From: an uncultured Fimbriimonadaceae bacterium
Lineage (GTDB): Bacteria > Armatimonadota > UBA10988
Reading direction: 5' to 3'
NCBI GenBank assembly: GCA_964405335.1
Contig: CAYONP010000005.1
Location: 9,202 to 73,201, forward strand
DNA length: 64,000 nucleotides
Under the pieces are notes generated by a model, which was given only the letters and a program-made list of their open reading frames with translations, was not told the DNA's origin and did not search any database. Made by a program: the position numbers and the translations under genes. Of the stretch, positions 37,956-47,250 are shown piece after piece. The stretch's first letter is position 1; each line of letters begins with the position of its first letter.

Positions 37956-40187
37956 ATGCCGACTCTCTGCCTGCTGATCCTGCTCACCGCGCCGGCCGAC
38001 CCGTGGGCCGCCACCGCCGAGCACGGCCGGCAGGGCGCGGAGGCTCTGGCCTGTGCCCAGGGCGTGCTGCACGGCTGGTGGGCGATCCGCGACGAGGCGA
38101 CCGGTCTGCTGCCGCAGCACGTGACGCAGAACGTCTGGACGCCGTCCAATGCGGCCGCCGACCTCTACCCGTTCCTCGTCCTGACCGCCCACTGGACCGA
38201 GCCCGCGCTGCTGCCCGACCTGCTTGCCACGCTGCGGCACGAGCTCGCCTTGACCACGCGCATCGGCGTCATGGGCGACAACTACGATCTCGGCGCGCAT
38301 CGCTTCAGCCACGCCGAGCCCGACCTGGCGCGGCTGATCTTCGGCGCCTCGGAGTACTGCAAAGACGGTCTGCTCCCCGTCTGGGAGCTGGCCGGCCGCG
38401 GCGTCTGGTTCCACCGTCTGGTCGACCTCGAGCAGGCGGTCTGGGCCGCCGCGCCCATCGAGACGCCGTTCGGCCGGCTGCCGGCGGCCGATACCGAGGT
38501 CAACGGCGAGCAGCTCCAGGTCCTGTCGCGGCTCTGGTGGGCCACGCGCGACGCCCGCTACCTCGACTGGGCCAGCCGCATCGGCGAGGCTTACTGCCAG
38601 GAGATCCTGCCCCTCGGCGGCTGGTTGCCGGCGCATGTCTGGGACTTCGCCGCGCATCGCCCGGCGCGCGACCTGTTCAGCCTCAACGACCACGGCAACG
38701 AAATCGTCCTCGGCCTGGCCGAGTGGCACCACGCCCTGCGCGCCGCCGACCCGGCGCGCGCGGCGGCGGCGGAGCCGGCGCTGCGACGGATGTTCGACCG
38801 ACTGCTCGAGGTCGGCCGCAGCCCCGACGGGCTCTGGTTCGCCCAGCTCAAGCCGACCACCGGCGAGGTCCTCGCCCGCGGCACGCCCGATACCTGGGGC
38901 TATGCCCTGTGCGGCGTCTACACCTTCGGCCTCGGCACTGGTGAGGAGCTCTACCGCGACGCGGCCCGACAGGCGCTGGCCGCGCTCGACCAGCCGGCTT
39001 ACTACGACTGGGGCGGCGCGGACGCCTTCGCCGACTCGATCGAAAGCGGTCTGCTGCTGATCAACCGCCTCGACGAGCCGGCGGCGCTGCGCTGGCTCGC
39101 TGAGGTGGTGCCGCGCCTGCTGGCCAAGCAGCAGCCCGGCGGCATCGTCGAGGGCTGGTACGGCGACGGCAACACCGCCCGCACCTGCCTGATGGTCGCC
39201 ATGTATCACAGCCAGGGCGCCCGCGTACTGCCCTGGCGGCCCGACCTGCACCTCGGCGCCGTGCGCGACGGCGAGTCGCTGCTGGTCTCGCTCGAGTCGC
39301 CGGCCGACTGGTCCGGCACGCTCCACCTCGACTACCCACGGCACCGCGAGCATCTCGGTCTGCCGGTCGACTATCCGCGCTTGAACCAGTTTCCGGAGTG
39401 GTTCACGGTCGAGCGCACCGGGCTCTACACGGTCGAGCGAATCGGCGTCGACGCGCCGCTGGAGCTGCGCCTGGGCGAGGAACTGATCGCCGGCCTGCCG
39501 CTCGAACCGGCCGACGGCGGGCCGCTGCGCCTGCGCATCGCGCCCTACCTGTCGCCGCCCTATGGCACCCAGATGCCGCGGCTGGCCGGGCCCGGCGTGG
39601 TCGGCTCGACCGGCGCGTTCAGCCTCGATCTGGAGGTCGGCAACCCGTCCGACCAGCCGGTCTCGCTCCGGCTCTCTGCCGATCTCGGCACGGTCGACCC
39701 GGCCGACCTTGAGCTGCCCGCCGGCGGCACGGCGACGGTGCGGCTCAGTGGCCAGGTGGCCGAGGAGCGGACCGTCACGGTGACGGCCACTGCGCGCGAG
39801 CCGTGGCGGAGCACGGCGCACCGGGTGCGGGTGCTGCTCGACCCGCTGCTGGTCGGTTTCGCCGACTGCGACGGCGGCGAGGTCTATGCCGGCGAGAGCT
39901 ACCAGTGGTGCGGTCGCGGGCCGTTCGAGGTGACGCTCGACGCACTGCCCGGCGTCGACCAGGTGCTCGTCCTCCGCTGGGGCGCCAAGGGGGATCAGCG
40001 CCGGGCACGGGTCACCGTGGCCGGATCGTCGCACGAGCTGACGCACGGTGGATACGACGGCTGGGAGACGGTCGAGGTCGTGCTGCCGGCCGCGGCGGTG
40101 ACCGAACCGCGGCTGACGGTGCGCGTCGAGTCGCTCGGCGATCCGGCGGCGTTCATCAGCGAGATGCGGGTCCGTCGCACCGAATGA
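37956..40187 (+). CDS. secreted hypothetical protein (743 aa), possible glycan-active enzyme
   Basis: Signal peptide MPTLCLLILLTAPADPWAA. A long non-repetitive ORF. The antisense 907-aa ORF 37323..40046 is Arg-rich and rejected. Confidence 0.55.
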   Translation: MPTLCLLILLTAPADPWAATAEHGRQGAEALACAQGVLHGWWAIRDEATGLLPQHVTQNVWTPSNAAADLYPFLVLTAHWTEPALLPDLLATLRHELALTTRIGVMGDNYDLGAHRFSHAEPDLARLIFGASEYCKDGLLPVWELAGRGVWFHRLVDLEQAVWAAAPIETPFGRLPAADTEVNGEQLQVLSRLWWATRDARYLDWASRIGEAYCQEILPLGGWLPAHVWDFAAHRPARDLFSLNDHGNEIVLGLAEWHHALRAADPARAAAAEPALRRMFDRLLEVGRSPDGLWFAQLKPTTGEVLARGTPDTWGYALCGVYTFGLGTGEELYRDAARQALAALDQPAYYDWGGADAFADSIESGLLLINRLDEPAALRWLAEVVPRLLAKQQPGGIVEGWYGDGNTARTCLMVAMYHSQGARVLPWRPDLHLGAVRDGESLLVSLESPADWSGTLHLDYPRHREHLGLPVDYPRLNQFPEWFTVERTGLYTVERIGVDAPLELRLGEELIAGLPLEPADGGPLRLRIAPYLSPPYGTQMPRLAGPGVVGSTGAFSLDLEVGNPSDQPVSLRLSADLGTVDPADLELPAGGTATVRLSGQVAEERTVTVTATAREPWRSTAHRVRVLLDPLLVGFADCDGGEVYAGESYQWCGRGPFEVTLDALPGVDQVLVLRWGAKGDQRRARVTVAGSSHELTHGGYDGWETVEVVLPAAAVTEPRLTVRVESLGDPAAFISEMRVRRTE

Positions 40188-40260
40188 GCGGCGGCGAGGA
40201 GTTGTCCGGCAGGACGCGAAGAGCGGCCGGCGAACGGGTGAGACACGAAGCTAGGAGCGG

Positions 40261-41538
40261 GTGATGGCAAACGAGCCGACCCTGTCGCGGCGGCAGGTGA
40301 TCACATCGATGGTCGGCGCGGCGATGGCGCCGATGGTGCTGACCAGCGCCAAGGGCCGCGCGGCGCCGGGTGATCGTATCACCATGGGCTGCATCGGCAT
40401 CGGCAACATGGGCAGCGGCAACACGGGCGCCTTTCTGGGCCGCGGGCAGGTGCAGGTGGTGGCCGTCTGCGATGTCCGCAAGTGGGTCCGCGACGACTGG
40501 CAGCAGCGGGTCAACCAGCGCTATGCCGAGGCCGCCGGGCGCGGTGAGTATGCCGGCTGCACGGCCTATGCCGATTTCCGCGAGCTGCTCGCGCGCGACG
40601 ACATCGACGCGGTGATGATCGCCACGCCCGACCACTGGCACGCGCTGGTCGCCATCGAAGCGGCCAAGGCGGGCAAGGACATCTACTGCGAAAAGCCGAT
40701 GACCCTGACCGTCCGCGAGGCCCGCGCGCTGGTCGACGCGGTGCGGCGCTACGGGCGGGTCTTCCAGACCGGCAGCCAGCAGCGCTCGTCGCCCGAGTTT
40801 CACCGCGCCTGCGAACTGGTGCGTAACGGTCGGATCGGCAAGGTCGAGCAGGTCAACGTCAATGTCGGCGGGCCGTCGCTGCCGAGGAGCTATGTCGAGG
40901 AACCGATTCCCGAGGGCTTCGACTGGGACATGTGGCTCGGCCCGGCGCCTTATGCGCCGCACAACGGCGAGCGCTGCAGCGGCGACTACGGCGGCGGCTG
41001 GCGCCAGGTGCGCGACTACTCGGGCGGCATGATGACCGACTGGGGCGCGCACCACTTCGATATCTGCCAGTGGGGCCTGGGCATGGACGGCTCGGGCCCG
41101 GTCGAGGTCCACCCGCCCGACGGCAAGGACTACGACAAGCTCACTTACATCTATGCGAACGGCGTCCGGGCGGTCCACCAGGGTGGCGGCAACGGCGTGC
41201 TGTTCATCGGCACCGAGGGCACCGTCGAGGTCAATCGCGGCCACCTGGCGACCAACCCGCCCGAGCTGATGCACGAGGTCATCGGCCCGAGCGAGACCCG
41301 GCTCTACCAGAGCCGCGACCACCACGGCGACTTCCTCGGCTGCATCCGCACCCGGCAGCGGCCGATCTGCGATGTCGCCGTCGGGGCGAGCAGTGTGACC
41401 ATGTGCCACCTGGGCAACATCGCCTGGTGGACCGGCCGCTCGTTCCGCTGGGACCCGCAGACCGAGCAGATCGTGGATGATGGCGAGGCGGCGCGCTGGC
41501 TCGATCGGCCGCGGCGCGACCCGTGGCGCCTGGCGTAG
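40261..41538 (+). CDS. Gfo/Idh/MocA family oxidoreductase, Tat-exported
   Basis: LSRRQVITSMVGAAMAP Tat signal. ITMGCIGIGNMG Rossmann. DIDAVMIATPDHWHA…EKPM core, paralogous to 45789..47027. Confidence 0.8.
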   Translation: MMANEPTLSRRQVITSMVGAAMAPMVLTSAKGRAAPGDRITMGCIGIGNMGSGNTGAFLGRGQVQVVAVCDVRKWVRDDWQQRVNQRYAEAAGRGEYAGCTAYADFRELLARDDIDAVMIATPDHWHALVAIEAAKAGKDIYCEKPMTLTVREARALVDAVRRYGRVFQTGSQQRSSPEFHRACELVRNGRIGKVEQVNVNVGGPSLPRSYVEEPIPEGFDWDMWLGPAPYAPHNGERCSGDYGGGWRQVRDYSGGMMTDWGAHHFDICQWGLGMDGSGPVEVHPPDGKDYDKLTYIYANGVRAVHQGGGNGVLFIGTEGTVEVNRGHLATNPPELMHEVIGPSETRLYQSRDHHGDFLGCIRTRQRPICDVAVGASSVTMCHLGNIAWWTGRSFRWDPQTEQIVDDGEAARWLDRPRRDPWRLA

Positions 41539-41547
41539 GAGGTTGGC

Positions 41548-43953
41548 ATGAAGCGGTTCGTTATCCTGGCGGTTCTGGCGCTCGGCACGGCCCACGGCAT
41601 CACCCCCGAGACGCAGGCGACAGTCGATGCCCTGTGCGGGCGGGCCGACGCGCCGGCCGACTACCCGGCGGCGGTGCAGCAGGTGCTCGACGCGCTGGTG
41701 ACCGACTTCGCCGGCGACGACATCAACACGCAGTTCACCAGCCGCACCGCCTGGGAGCAGGTCGGCATGCACGCGGCGCGGCCCGGCGCCGAGGCCGAGC
41801 GGCTCGCCTTCTGCCAGGTCAGCCTGTCCAAGCTGACCCCCGGCGTGCCGACCTGGAGCCAGGTCTGGATCCTGCGCCAGCTTCAGAACGTCGGCGGCGC
41901 CGAGGTGGTGCCGCGGCTGGCCGAGCTGCTCGGCAGTCAGGACGAACTGATCGCCGAGCACGCCCTGCTGGCGCTGGCCAACAACCCCTCGGCCGAGGCC
42001 GCCGGCGCGCTGCGCGATGCGCTCGCCGCGGCGACCGACTCCGCCGGCCGCATCGCCCTGATCAACGCGCTCGGCTTTCGCGCCGATGCCGCGGCCATGC
42101 CCGCGCTGACCGGCCTGCTCGGCGACGGCGACGAGCAGGTGATCATCGCCGCCGCCGACGCGCTCGGGCGGATCGGCACCGCTGACGCCGCCACCGCTCT
42201 GGCCGCTGCGCGGGGCAATGTGGCCGGCGAGGCGGTCCGCCGCATCGACGACGCCACGCTGAAGTGCGCCGACAAGCTGGCGGCCGGCGGCGCCCGTGAC
42301 CAGGCGGTGGCCATCTATCGCGCGGCGTTCGGAGTCGATCGCGACCTGCGCACCCGTTCGGCGGCGCTGCGCGGCCTGGGGCTGACCCTCGGCGGCGAGG
42401 CCGCCCAGCTCGTGATCGAGGTACTCGGCGGCGATGAGGCCGAGCTGCAGCCGGTGGCCGGCCGGCTGGTGGTCGATATCCCCGGCGAGGCGGCGACCCG
42501 CGCCTTTGCCGATCAACTGCCCGGCCTGCAGCCGCCGATGCAGGTGGTCCTGCTCGGCGCGCTGGCCGAGCGCGGCGACCCGGCGGCGCTGCCGCGCATC
42601 GCCGAGCAGTTCGAGTGCGCCAACGAAGAGGTCGCCGTCGCCGCGGTCGACGCCGGCGCCGCTTTGGGCAACGAGACCTTGGTGCCCTCGTTGGTGGCCC
42701 TGGCCACCGGCGAGCAGCCGCGCGTGCGCGACGCGGCGCGCGGGGCGCTGACCCGGCTCCGCGGCGCGGCGGTCGATCCCGCGATTGCCGCGGCGCTCGA
42801 CGGCGCGCCGAACGCGACGGTCACCATGCTGGCCACCGTGCTGGCCGAGCGCCATGCCTCGGCGGCGGTGCCGGCGCTGATCGCCACCGCCGGCCGGCTG
42901 ACCGACAATCGCACCCTCTCGGCCGTCTACCGCGCGATGGTGCAGGCCGCGGGCGAGGCGGAGCGCGACGCCGTGCGCGACGCGCTGCGGACCGCTCTCG
43001 GCGGCGACGCGGCGCGGCAGCGCGGGGCTCTGGCCGGCTACGAGGTCTGGCCGAACGACGCGCCGATGGACGAGCTGCTGGCGCTCAGCCGCGGCGCCGA
43101 GGACGAAACCGTGCGCACGCTGGCGCTGCAGCAGTATCTGCGCATGTTCGGCATGTCGGAGCGCACGGCGGCAGAGCGGCTGGCGCGCTACCAGGAGCTG
43201 CTGGCCGCGACCCAGAGCGAGGACGAGGCGGCGGTAGTGCTCGAGGCGATCGGCGAGGTGCCGACCATCGAGGCGCTGCGCGCGGCCGAGGCGCGCCTGC
43301 CGGCCACGGCGGCGGCGCAGGCGGTGATCAACATCGCTCGCGAGCTGGCCATGACGCACCGCGAGGCGGCCACCACGGCGCTCGAGGCGATTGCCGCCAA
43401 CGCGCAGGACGGGGCGGTCAAGGCCCAGGCCGGGGCGGTGCTCGAGCAGCTCAAGGCGCTCGGCGCATACCTCACCGACTGGCTCTTCGCCGGGCCCTAC
43501 ACGCAGGGCAACCTGAATAACCTCCAGCTCTACGACACGGTCTTTGATCCCGAGAAGCCCGAGGCCGAGGTTACCTGGCAGCGGCTCGAGTGGGCCGTTG
43601 ACGGCAACGAGCCGTGGCGGGTGAACCTCGATCAGAGCCCCTGGAACGGCAACAACCGGGCCTGCTACGCGCGCACGCGGGTGTTTGCCCCGGCGGCCGG
43701 GCCGGTGCAGTTCGAGCTGGGCAGCGACGACGGCGCGAAAGTGTGGCTGAACGGGACCGTGGTTCACGAGCAGAATGTCAACCGGGCTCACGCCACCGGC
43801 TCGGACAAGTTCACCGCCGAGCTGCGGCAGGGCTGGAACGTGGTCATGATCAAGATCACCCAGGGCGGCGGCCAGTGGGCGCTCAGCCTGCGCATCGTGA
43901 CGCCCGAGGGCACGGTGATCGACGGCCTCCGCGTACAGGCCGAAGAGGAATGA
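41548..43953 (+). CDS. HEAT-repeat protein with C-terminal beta-sandwich (DUF1080/PA14-like) domain, secreted
   Basis: Signal peptide MKRFVILAVLALGTAHG. Many ALxxLG/AAxALG HEAT-like helices. C-terminal FELGSDDGAKVWLNGTVVHEQ jelly-roll. Confidence 0.65.
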   Translation: MKRFVILAVLALGTAHGITPETQATVDALCGRADAPADYPAAVQQVLDALVTDFAGDDINTQFTSRTAWEQVGMHAARPGAEAERLAFCQVSLSKLTPGVPTWSQVWILRQLQNVGGAEVVPRLAELLGSQDELIAEHALLALANNPSAEAAGALRDALAAATDSAGRIALINALGFRADAAAMPALTGLLGDGDEQVIIAAADALGRIGTADAATALAAARGNVAGEAVRRIDDATLKCADKLAAGGARDQAVAIYRAAFGVDRDLRTRSAALRGLGLTLGGEAAQLVIEVLGGDEAELQPVAGRLVVDIPGEAATRAFADQLPGLQPPMQVVLLGALAERGDPAALPRIAEQFECANEEVAVAAVDAGAALGNETLVPSLVALATGEQPRVRDAARGALTRLRGAAVDPAIAAALDGAPNATVTMLATVLAERHASAAVPALIATAGRLTDNRTLSAVYRAMVQAAGEAERDAVRDALRTALGGDAARQRGALAGYEVWPNDAPMDELLALSRGAEDETVRTLALQQYLRMFGMSERTAAERLARYQELLAATQSEDEAAVVLEAIGEVPTIEALRAAEARLPATAAAQAVINIARELAMTHREAATTALEAIAANAQDGAVKAQAGAVLEQLKALGAYLTDWLFAGPYTQGNLNNLQLYDTVFDPEKPEAEVTWQRLEWAVDGNEPWRVNLDQSPWNGNNRACYARTRVFAPAAGPVQFELGSDDGAKVWLNGTVVHEQNVNRAHATGSDKFTAELRQGWNVVMIKITQGGGQWALSLRIVTPEGTVIDGLRVQAEEE

Positions 43954-43954
43954 G

Positions 43955-44818
43955 ATGAAGCGACGTGAGATGCTCATGAACCTGGGTGCAGCGATGGTCG
44001 GACTCTCGGCGGGGCTCGCGGCGAGGGCCGCGGGGCCGCGCCGGCGGATCCTCTTCTACACCAAGTCGGCGGGCTTTCAGCACTCGGTGATCACCCGCCA
44101 GAACGGCGAGCTGGGCCACGCCGAGAAGGTCCTCATGCAGATGGGGAACGAGTACAACGTCGAAGTCGTGTGCAGCAAGGATGGCGGGCTGTTCACCGCC
44201 GACTCGCTCAAGACCTTCGACGCGCTCGCCTTCTACACCACCGGCGACCTGACCCAGACCGGCACCGACGGCCAGCCGGGGTTGCCCGACGGCGGCAAGC
44301 AACTGCTGCTCGACACGGTGGCCGCGGGCAAGCCGGTGGTCGGCTTCCACTGCGCCACCGACACGTTCCACAGCCAGGGCGACCAGGTCGATCCGTTCAT
44401 CACCCTGATCGGCGGCGAGTTCGCCGGACACGGCGCGCAGCAGGAGGCGACCCAGCGAGTGGTCGACCACTCGCTGCCCGGCCTCGACGAACTCGGCGCC
44501 AGCTTCCGGCTGCACGAGGAGTGGTACGCCTTCCGCAACATCAACCCCGACATCCGCGTGCTGCTGGTCAACGAGACCGAAGGCATGACCGGCGGCGACT
44601 ATGAGGGTAAGCCGCCGTTCCCCTCGACCTGGGTGCGGATGCACGGCGAAGGGCGCGTCGCCTACACCAGCATGGGCCACCGCGAGGATGTCTGGACCAA
44701 CCCGATCTTTCAGGGCGTCACGGTCGGCCTGTTCGCCTTCGCCTTCGGCGAGGCCGACCTCGACCTGACGCCGAACCTGAAGCGAGTCTGCCCGGACTTC
44801 ACGGCGGTGGCGGGGTAG
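43955..44818 (+). CDS. ThuA-family (trehalose-utilisation / glutamine amidotransferase-like) protein, Tat signal
   Basis: RREMLMNLGAAMVGLSAGLAARA, then ILFYTKSAGFQHSVI…VVGFHCATDTF…YTSMGHRE typical of ThuA. It starts 1 nt after the HEAT gene stop. Confidence 0.75.
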   Translation: MKRREMLMNLGAAMVGLSAGLAARAAGPRRRILFYTKSAGFQHSVITRQNGELGHAEKVLMQMGNEYNVEVVCSKDGGLFTADSLKTFDALAFYTTGDLTQTGTDGQPGLPDGGKQLLLDTVAAGKPVVGFHCATDTFHSQGDQVDPFITLIGGEFAGHGAQQEATQRVVDHSLPGLDELGASFRLHEEWYAFRNINPDIRVLLVNETEGMTGGDYEGKPPFPSTWVRMHGEGRVAYTSMGHREDVWTNPIFQGVTVGLFAFAFGEADLDLTPNLKRVCPDFTAVAG

Positions 44819-44819
44819 C

Positions 44820-45127
44820 GCCGGGTAGGGCCGCCTCGCCGAGGCGGCCGCCATCGACCGCCGGTAGCGCCCGAACGGACCGCCGGCGTCCCCGCCGGCA
44901 TTGGCCCGTTCGGCGAACGGGCCCTACCCGAGCCCGAACAGACCGCCGGCGTCCCCGCCCCGTTGAGCAGCCCTGGTAGGGGCAGCCCTTGTGGCTGCCC
45001 GCGGTTCGATAAACCCGCTCCAGCAGCGGGCGACCACAAGGGTCGCCCCTACCGGATCGGCGTTCGGTGCCGTTCCATAGCACGTGCGACCCGCCGGCAG
45101 CGGCCCGTTCGGCGAACGGGCCCTACC
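44820..45127. repeat. cluster of REP-like palindromic intergenic repeats between convergent genes
   Basis: Two copies of GCCCGAAC(G/A)GACCGCCGGCGTCCCCGCC (about 44870 and 44932). Two identical copies of the self-palindrome GGCCCGTTCGGCGAACGGGCCCTACCC (about 44904 and 45103). Hairpin GGCCGCCTCG-C-CGAGGCGGCC (about 44829-44849). A 27-nt-arm imperfect inverted repeat GTAGGGGCAGCCCTTGTGGCTGCCCGC … GCGGGCGACCACAAGGGTCGCCCCTAC (about 44975-45052). Confidence 0.6.
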
Positions 45128-45436
45128 CTACGCCGGCAGCTCCGGCGCGGCGGTCGGTGCCGGCCTGGCTCGCGCCAGCAGCCCAAAGCCGACCACCAGG
45201 AGGAGGTACAGGCTGGCCGGCGGCACCGTCCAAATCAGGTACAGAGCGCTCATGTCGCCGTCGCGGATGCCGCCGGTCATTGATGCGATGACGATGCCGT
45301 AGCTGGGCACGGTCAGAATCAGCGGCAACGCCGCCGCCCAGCGCCAGCCGCGGCGCAACACCGCCAGGGCGATGACCTGCAGCAACGGGTAGCCGGCGAA
45401 GACGAGGAAGCTCACCAGGAACATGACGCCGCCCAT
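45128..45436 (-). CDS. small 3-TM membrane protein, unknown family (paralog B)
   Basis: Start at internal Met MGGVMFLVSFLVFAGYPLLQV with GGAG RBS. Paralogous to 45475..45792 (shared PLLQVxALxVLRRGWR…motif). The upstream part of the ORF is Arg-rich junk. Confidence 0.5.
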   Translation of the reverse strand: MGGVMFLVSFLVFAGYPLLQVIALAVLRRGWRWAAALPLILTVPSYGIVIASMTGGIRDGDMSALYLIWTVPPASLYLLLVVGFGLLARARPAPTAAPELPA

Positions 45437-45474
45437 CGAGCATCTCCGGCCGACGCCGATGCGCGGCGGTGCTG

Positions 45475-45792
45475 CTATTCTGTGGCGTCCGCCGGCGGCG
45501 CGTCCGCCCGCCGCGCCGCGATGAGGCCTCCGATCAGCACGATCAGCAGGTAGACCGCGCCGATCGGCCCGAACAACAGCGCCCAGATGCCGCCGAGATT
45601 GTCCATCGAGCGCGGCTTGCTCCAACTGGCCAGCAGCGCGGCATAGGCCAGCACGCCCGGCAGCAGCGGGATGAACGCCGCGGTGCGCCAACCGCCGCGG
45701 AGCACGAACAGGGTCACCGCCTGCAGCACCGGCCAGGCGCAGATCAGCACCGCGGCGAGGTAGACGATAGGCGACGTGTCCTGGTCGCTCAT
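45475..45792 (-). CDS. small 3-TM membrane protein, unknown family (paralog A)
   Basis: MSDQDTSPIVYLAAVLICAWPVLQAVTLFVLRGGWR… The ATG overlaps the TGA of the upstream Gfo/Idh/MocA gene (ATGA). Confidence 0.55.
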   Translation of the reverse strand: MSDQDTSPIVYLAAVLICAWPVLQAVTLFVLRGGWRTAAFIPLLPGVLAYAALLASWSKPRSMDNLGGIWALLFGPIGAVYLLIVLIGGLIAARRADAPPADATE

Positions 45793-47027
45793 GCCGGCAT
45801 GGTCCACGGTGCGCGGTAGTCGTAGCTCAGCATCGCGTTGGCCTCCGGGTCGTTGACGATCTGCTCGCTCTCCGCATTCCAGGTTATCTTGCGGCCCGTG
45901 CGGATCGCGAGGTTGCCGAGGTGGCAGACCGTCGCGCTGCGGTGGCCGATCTCCACATCGCAGATCGGCAGCTCGCGGCTGCGGATGCAGTCCATCCAGT
46001 TGCCCGTCTGGCTGCGCGAGCGGTAGAGCCGCACATCGCCCTCGCCGAGCGGCGTCTCGATGACCTCCGCCGGCTCCGAGGCGAGCTTGCCGCGGTTGAC
46101 CATGATCTTGCCGTCGCTGCCCTCGAAGGTCGTCCCGCCCGGCTGGCTGCTGCCGCACAGGACGGTCACGCCGTCGGGATACTCGTAGGTGCAGTCGAAC
46201 CGCCGCGGCACTTCGTACCAGCCGTCGGGGTGATACTCGGCGGTACCCTCGACCGCCAGCGGCCCGGCCGCATCCATGCCCAGTCCCCACTGGGCGATGT
46301 CGAGGTGGTGCGCGCCCCAGTTGGTCATCTGCCCGCCCGAGTAGGGCCAGAAGAAGCGGAAGTTGTAGTGTACCTGCTTGGCGTTGTAGGGCCGGTACGG
46401 CGCCGGGCCGAGCCACATGTCGTAGTTCAGCTCGGGCGGCGGATCGCCGTCGGGCACCGCCGGTCCCTCGAAGTTGACGCCGGGGATGCCGACGCGGACG
46501 GTGTGGACCCGGCCGATCCGCCCGCTGCGGACCAGCTCGCAGGCGGTGCGGAACTCGTTGGCCGAGCGCTGCTGGCTGCCGCACTGAAGGATCCGCCCGG
46601 TCGCGCGCGCGGCGGTGACCATCGCCCGGCCCTCGGCGACGGTGAGTGTCATCGGCTTCTCGCAGTAGACATCGAGCCCGGCGCGCATCGCCTCGATGCT
46701 CAGCTTGGCGTGCCAGTGGTCGGGCGTGGCGATGATCACCGCGTCGATCAGGCCCGACTCGAACAGCCGCCGATAGTCACCAAAGCCGGGCACCTCGCGC
46801 TCGGTCTTCTCGCGGACCAGCGTCTGCGCGGCGGCCAAGATGCTCGCATCGACGTCGCAGATGGCGGCGCAGTAGCGGGCCAGCCCATTGAGGTGCGACT
46901 TGCCCATGTTGCGCACGCCGATGAAGCCAAGGCGGAGGTCAACGTCGGCGGCCCATGCGCGGCGGGTGATGATGAACGGCAGCGCAACGGCGGCTTTGAG
47001 GATGTCGCGGCGGGACGCGGTTGGCAT
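45789..47027 (-). CDS. Gfo/Idh/MocA family oxidoreductase, Tat-exported
   Basis: SRRDILKAAVALPFIITRRAWA Tat signal. RLGFIGVRNMG Rossmann. DAVIIATPDHWHA…EKPM. GGGAG RBS. Confidence 0.8.
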   Translation of the reverse strand: MPTASRRDILKAAVALPFIITRRAWAADVDLRLGFIGVRNMGKSHLNGLARYCAAICDVDASILAAAQTLVREKTEREVPGFGDYRRLFESGLIDAVIIATPDHWHAKLSIEAMRAGLDVYCEKPMTLTVAEGRAMVTAARATGRILQCGSQQRSANEFRTACELVRSGRIGRVHTVRVGIPGVNFEGPAVPDGDPPPELNYDMWLGPAPYRPYNAKQVHYNFRFFWPYSGGQMTNWGAHHLDIAQWGLGMDAAGPLAVEGTAEYHPDGWYEVPRRFDCTYEYPDGVTVLCGSSQPGGTTFEGSDGKIMVNRGKLASEPAEVIETPLGEGDVRLYRSRSQTGNWMDCIRSRELPICDVEIGHRSATVCHLGNLAIRTGRKITWNAESEQIVNDPEANAMLSYDYRAPWTMPA

Positions 47028-47197
47028 GGGGCGGCTCCCGGTATGTGGTTCGCGGTGGCATGGCGGTGCCCTGCCTGGTTCCGCGGAGGTCGACCGTCTC
47101 GGTCGACGTGGCCTGGGACGGCTGTCCGGCGCCGACCGGGACGGTCGGCCTACGCAGCATCACGGGTCGGCCGACCCGGAAACCGCCACCCCTGTCC

Positions 47198-47226
47198 TTG
47201 ACCCCCCGCCCCACGATAGCTATAAC
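47198..47226 (+). promoter_or_regulatory. sigma70-type promoter TTGACC-N17-TATAAC for the GT2 gene
   Basis: -35 at 47198-47203, a 17-nt spacer, and -10 at 47221-47226, about 25 nt upstream of ATG 47251. The hexamers are conspicuous in an otherwise above-70%-GC divergent intergenic region. Confidence 0.4.
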
Positions 47227-47250
47227 AGCCCTCACACCACGGAGCACGGC

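Noticed and set aside
37323-40046. 907-aa minus-strand ORF opposite the 743-aa secreted protein
   Set aside because: A low-complexity Arg-rich translation. The plus-strand ORF has a signal peptide and balanced composition.
44820-45127. CRISPR array
   Set aside because: The repeats are of at least two different types, irregularly spaced (62 and 199 nt), partly inverted and palindromic, with no uniform repeat-spacer periodicity and no cas genes nearby. REP-like elements fit better.
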